Source: Alphaproteobacteria bacterium (lineage in GTDB: Bacteria; Pseudomonadota; Alphaproteobacteria; Rs-D84). From it: a stretch of DNA of 45,438 nt. Location of the stretch: assembly GCA_024402815.1 (NCBI GenBank), contig JAKSTB010000001.1, positions 1 through 45,438 of the forward strand. Reading direction: 5' to 3'. Under the pieces are notes generated by a model. That model saw only the letters and a program-made list of their open reading frames with translations. It was not told where the DNA came from and searched no databases. The translations under genes and the position numbers were made by a program. Numbering within the stretch: position 1 is the first letter of the stretch; each line of letters opens with the position of its first letter. Of this stretch, positions 43,863-45,438 are shown piece by piece.

Positions 43863-45438
43863 TTATTCATGTTTGTTTGTATATTTTCCGTCTATCAAAT
43901 TTTGACGAACCATGTGATGTTTTACCTTTTGTGTACTGGTCATTGGCAAATCATCTGTTGTCATTGCAAAATGGGTTACCCATTTATATGATGCAACCTT
44001 CTTGTTTTGTTCTGCAATCGCAGCAGCCAACTTTTCCATTGTCATACCTTCTTCAACACTGAATACGCCGTATGCAACAGTTTTGTTGTTTACTTCGTGT
44101 TCAAACACAGCGACATTTTTTACACCATCGATTTCAAGAAACAAAGCTTCCAATTCATCAGGATAAACATTTTTACCACTATCCAAAACGATGACTTGTT
44201 TTTTACGACCTGCGAAATGGTATTCGCCGTTTTTATCGATAGAAACCAAATCACCAGTACAGAAGAATCCATCTTTGTCGAAACATTCTTTGTTGGCGTC
44301 ATCATTATTCAAATACCCACCAAATACTTGTTTTCCACGAACCCATAACATACCAATACCATCTTCGCCTGCATTTCTGATTTGACATTCGCTGCCCCCC
44401 AGTGGCGCACCAAACGCATATGCAACACGTTTTTTAACAGGTTTAGAACAACAGATTGGTCCAACCGTTTCGGTCATTCCATAACCTTGAACGAAATTCA
44501 TGCCCAATTGATTATAGAATTTTTCAACTTCCGGCTTAGTCGCCGCACCACCTGCAACCAAACAATGTGCACGGCCACCAAATATAGCACGAATTTGATT
44601 CAAAACTTTATCAACCAATTTACCCAAACCCAAGAAACGCAAAGTTTTTTGGTGATTCATAATGAAAGATACCAATCCCCATTTCTTTTTAGCTTTGACA
44701 CCATCAATAATTTTCTTGCGGAAAATTTCCCACAATTTTGGAACCGCAGGAATAACATGTGGTTTATATTGTGCAAAATCTTGTAATATTGCATTTGGAT
44801 TGATAGTAGATTGCAATAAAATTCCCATACCAAAATGCAATGGGGCCAAGAACCCAACAGCAAATCCAAACACGTGATATAAAGGCAAGAAAGCATACAT
44901 CATTTCGCCTGGGTGCAAGAATATATTCAAACTTTCTAAATCTTCAGAACAAGAAACCAAATTATCATGTGTCAAAGGCACAATTTTTGGAATTCCTGTG
45001 GACCCGGATGTAAATGACAATGTTGCGATATCATCACCTTTTAATGGATAAGCTTTTAATTTTTCATCTGTCTTTTCATCTTTGGTCTGGATATCAAAAA
45101 ATTTAAATTTTACTGCATCATAAAAGAAAGATTTTTCAGCACAAACCAATTTACAATTTGTTAAATCGGTCATATTGTCATATTCTGTTGGTGTTAAATT
45201 TGTATCCAACAACAAAACACGCGCACCCAAATACCATATTGCAAACAAAGTCGAAACAAATTCAGGTAAATTGTGTGATAACAAACCAACTGTATCACCC
45301 GCCTTTACACCTGCTTCACGCAAAGTTGTTGCACGTGCACGGATATAGTTTGGAAATTCTTCAAAAGTTATATTTTCACGAATCAAAAACACATTCTCTG
45401 GCCATTGATTCACAGCATTTTCTAACTTTTGATACATA
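43863..45438 (-). CDS. AMP-dependent synthetase/ligase (ANL family), paralogue 2; 5' end at or just beyond the window edge
   Basis: Contains SFTSGSTGIPKIVPLTH, GYGMTET and TGDLVSIDKNGEYHFAGRKK. The ATG at 45437 corresponds to the second Met of paralogue 1, so the true start could lie outside the window. Confidence 0.88.
   Translation of the reverse strand, partial: MYQKLENAVNQWPENVFLIRENITFEEFPNYIRARATTLREAGVKAGDTVGLLSHNLPEFVSTLFAIWYLGARVLLLDTNLTPTEYDNMTDLTNCKLVCAEKSFFYDAVKFKFFDIQTKDEKTDEKLKAYPLKGDDIATLSFTSGSTGIPKIVPLTHDNLVSCSEDLESLNIFLHPGEMMYAFLPLYHVFGFAVGFLAPLHFGMGILLQSTINPNAILQDFAQYKPHVIPAVPKLWEIFRKKIIDGVKAKKKWGLVSFIMNHQKTLRFLGLGKLVDKVLNQIRAIFGGRAHCLVAGGAATKPEVEKFYNQLGMNFVQGYGMTETVGPICCSKPVKKRVAYAFGAPLGGSECQIRNAGEDGIGMLWVRGKQVFGGYLNNDDANKECFDKDGFFCTGDLVSIDKNGEYHFAGRKKQVIVLDSGKNVYPDELEALFLEIDGVKNVAVFEHEVNNKTVAYGVFSVEEGMTMEKLAAAIAEQNKKVASYKWVTHFAMTTDDLPMTSTQKVKHHMVRQNLIDGKYTNKHE
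43881..43994. repeat. 114-nt near-identical segment (3' coding end of ANL paralogue 2); partner at 42243-42356
   Basis: Same comparison as the partner entry. The flanking sequence diverges abruptly on both sides. Confidence 0.9.
45384..45438. repeat. 55-nt identical segment (5' coding end of ANL paralogue 2); partner at 43746-43800
   Basis: The identity runs to the window edge, so its true extent is unknown. Confidence 0.9.

Noticed and set aside
1-45438. CRISPR arrays, tRNA/rRNA/tmRNA genes and IS elements
   Set aside because: No intergenic region exceeds about 145 nt. I saw no regularly spaced direct repeats or transposase-like ORFs, and no cloverleaf-like GC-rich segments stand out. tRNAscan or Infernal was not run, so this is a by-eye negative.

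Overview
This is a 45.4-kb, gene-dense, low-GC chromosomal segment from a diderm bacterium. I call about 46 CDS; most junctions are under 80 nt or overlap. A Ros/MucR regulator, an RHH_4 protein, DUF721/DciA and SecB suggest an alphaproteobacterium with a compact genome; that is inference only. Most genes are housekeeping: gltX (5' partial), trmB, rarA, ftsK, yajC-secD-secF, mutL, greA, an lptF/G permease, xerD, trxB, serS, typA, recA, ruvC, mltA, secB, yebC, ruvA and mnmE. By eye I found no rRNA, tRNA, CRISPR array, transposase or prophage gene. The accessory or unusual content is: (1) five uncharacterised genes at 1958-4795, four of them a tightly packed cassette (PQ-linker membrane protein, degenerate HNH-like protein, SUKH/SMI1-like protein, RHH_4 protein), which is my best candidate for an undescribed conflict or toxin-immunity module; (2) an in-frame YbeY-Lnt fusion; (3) a Ros/MucR homologue lacking three of four zinc ligands; (4) an S41 peptidase homologue with Gly at the nucleophile position; (5) a six-glycosyltransferase island in two convergent operons between typA and recA; (6) a subtilase gene translationally coupled between ruvA and mnmE where ruvB would be expected; (7) two tandem acyl-AMP ligase paralogues whose termini are nearly nucleotide-identical while their cores have diverged. 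All family assignments come from motif recognition by eye, not from database searches.
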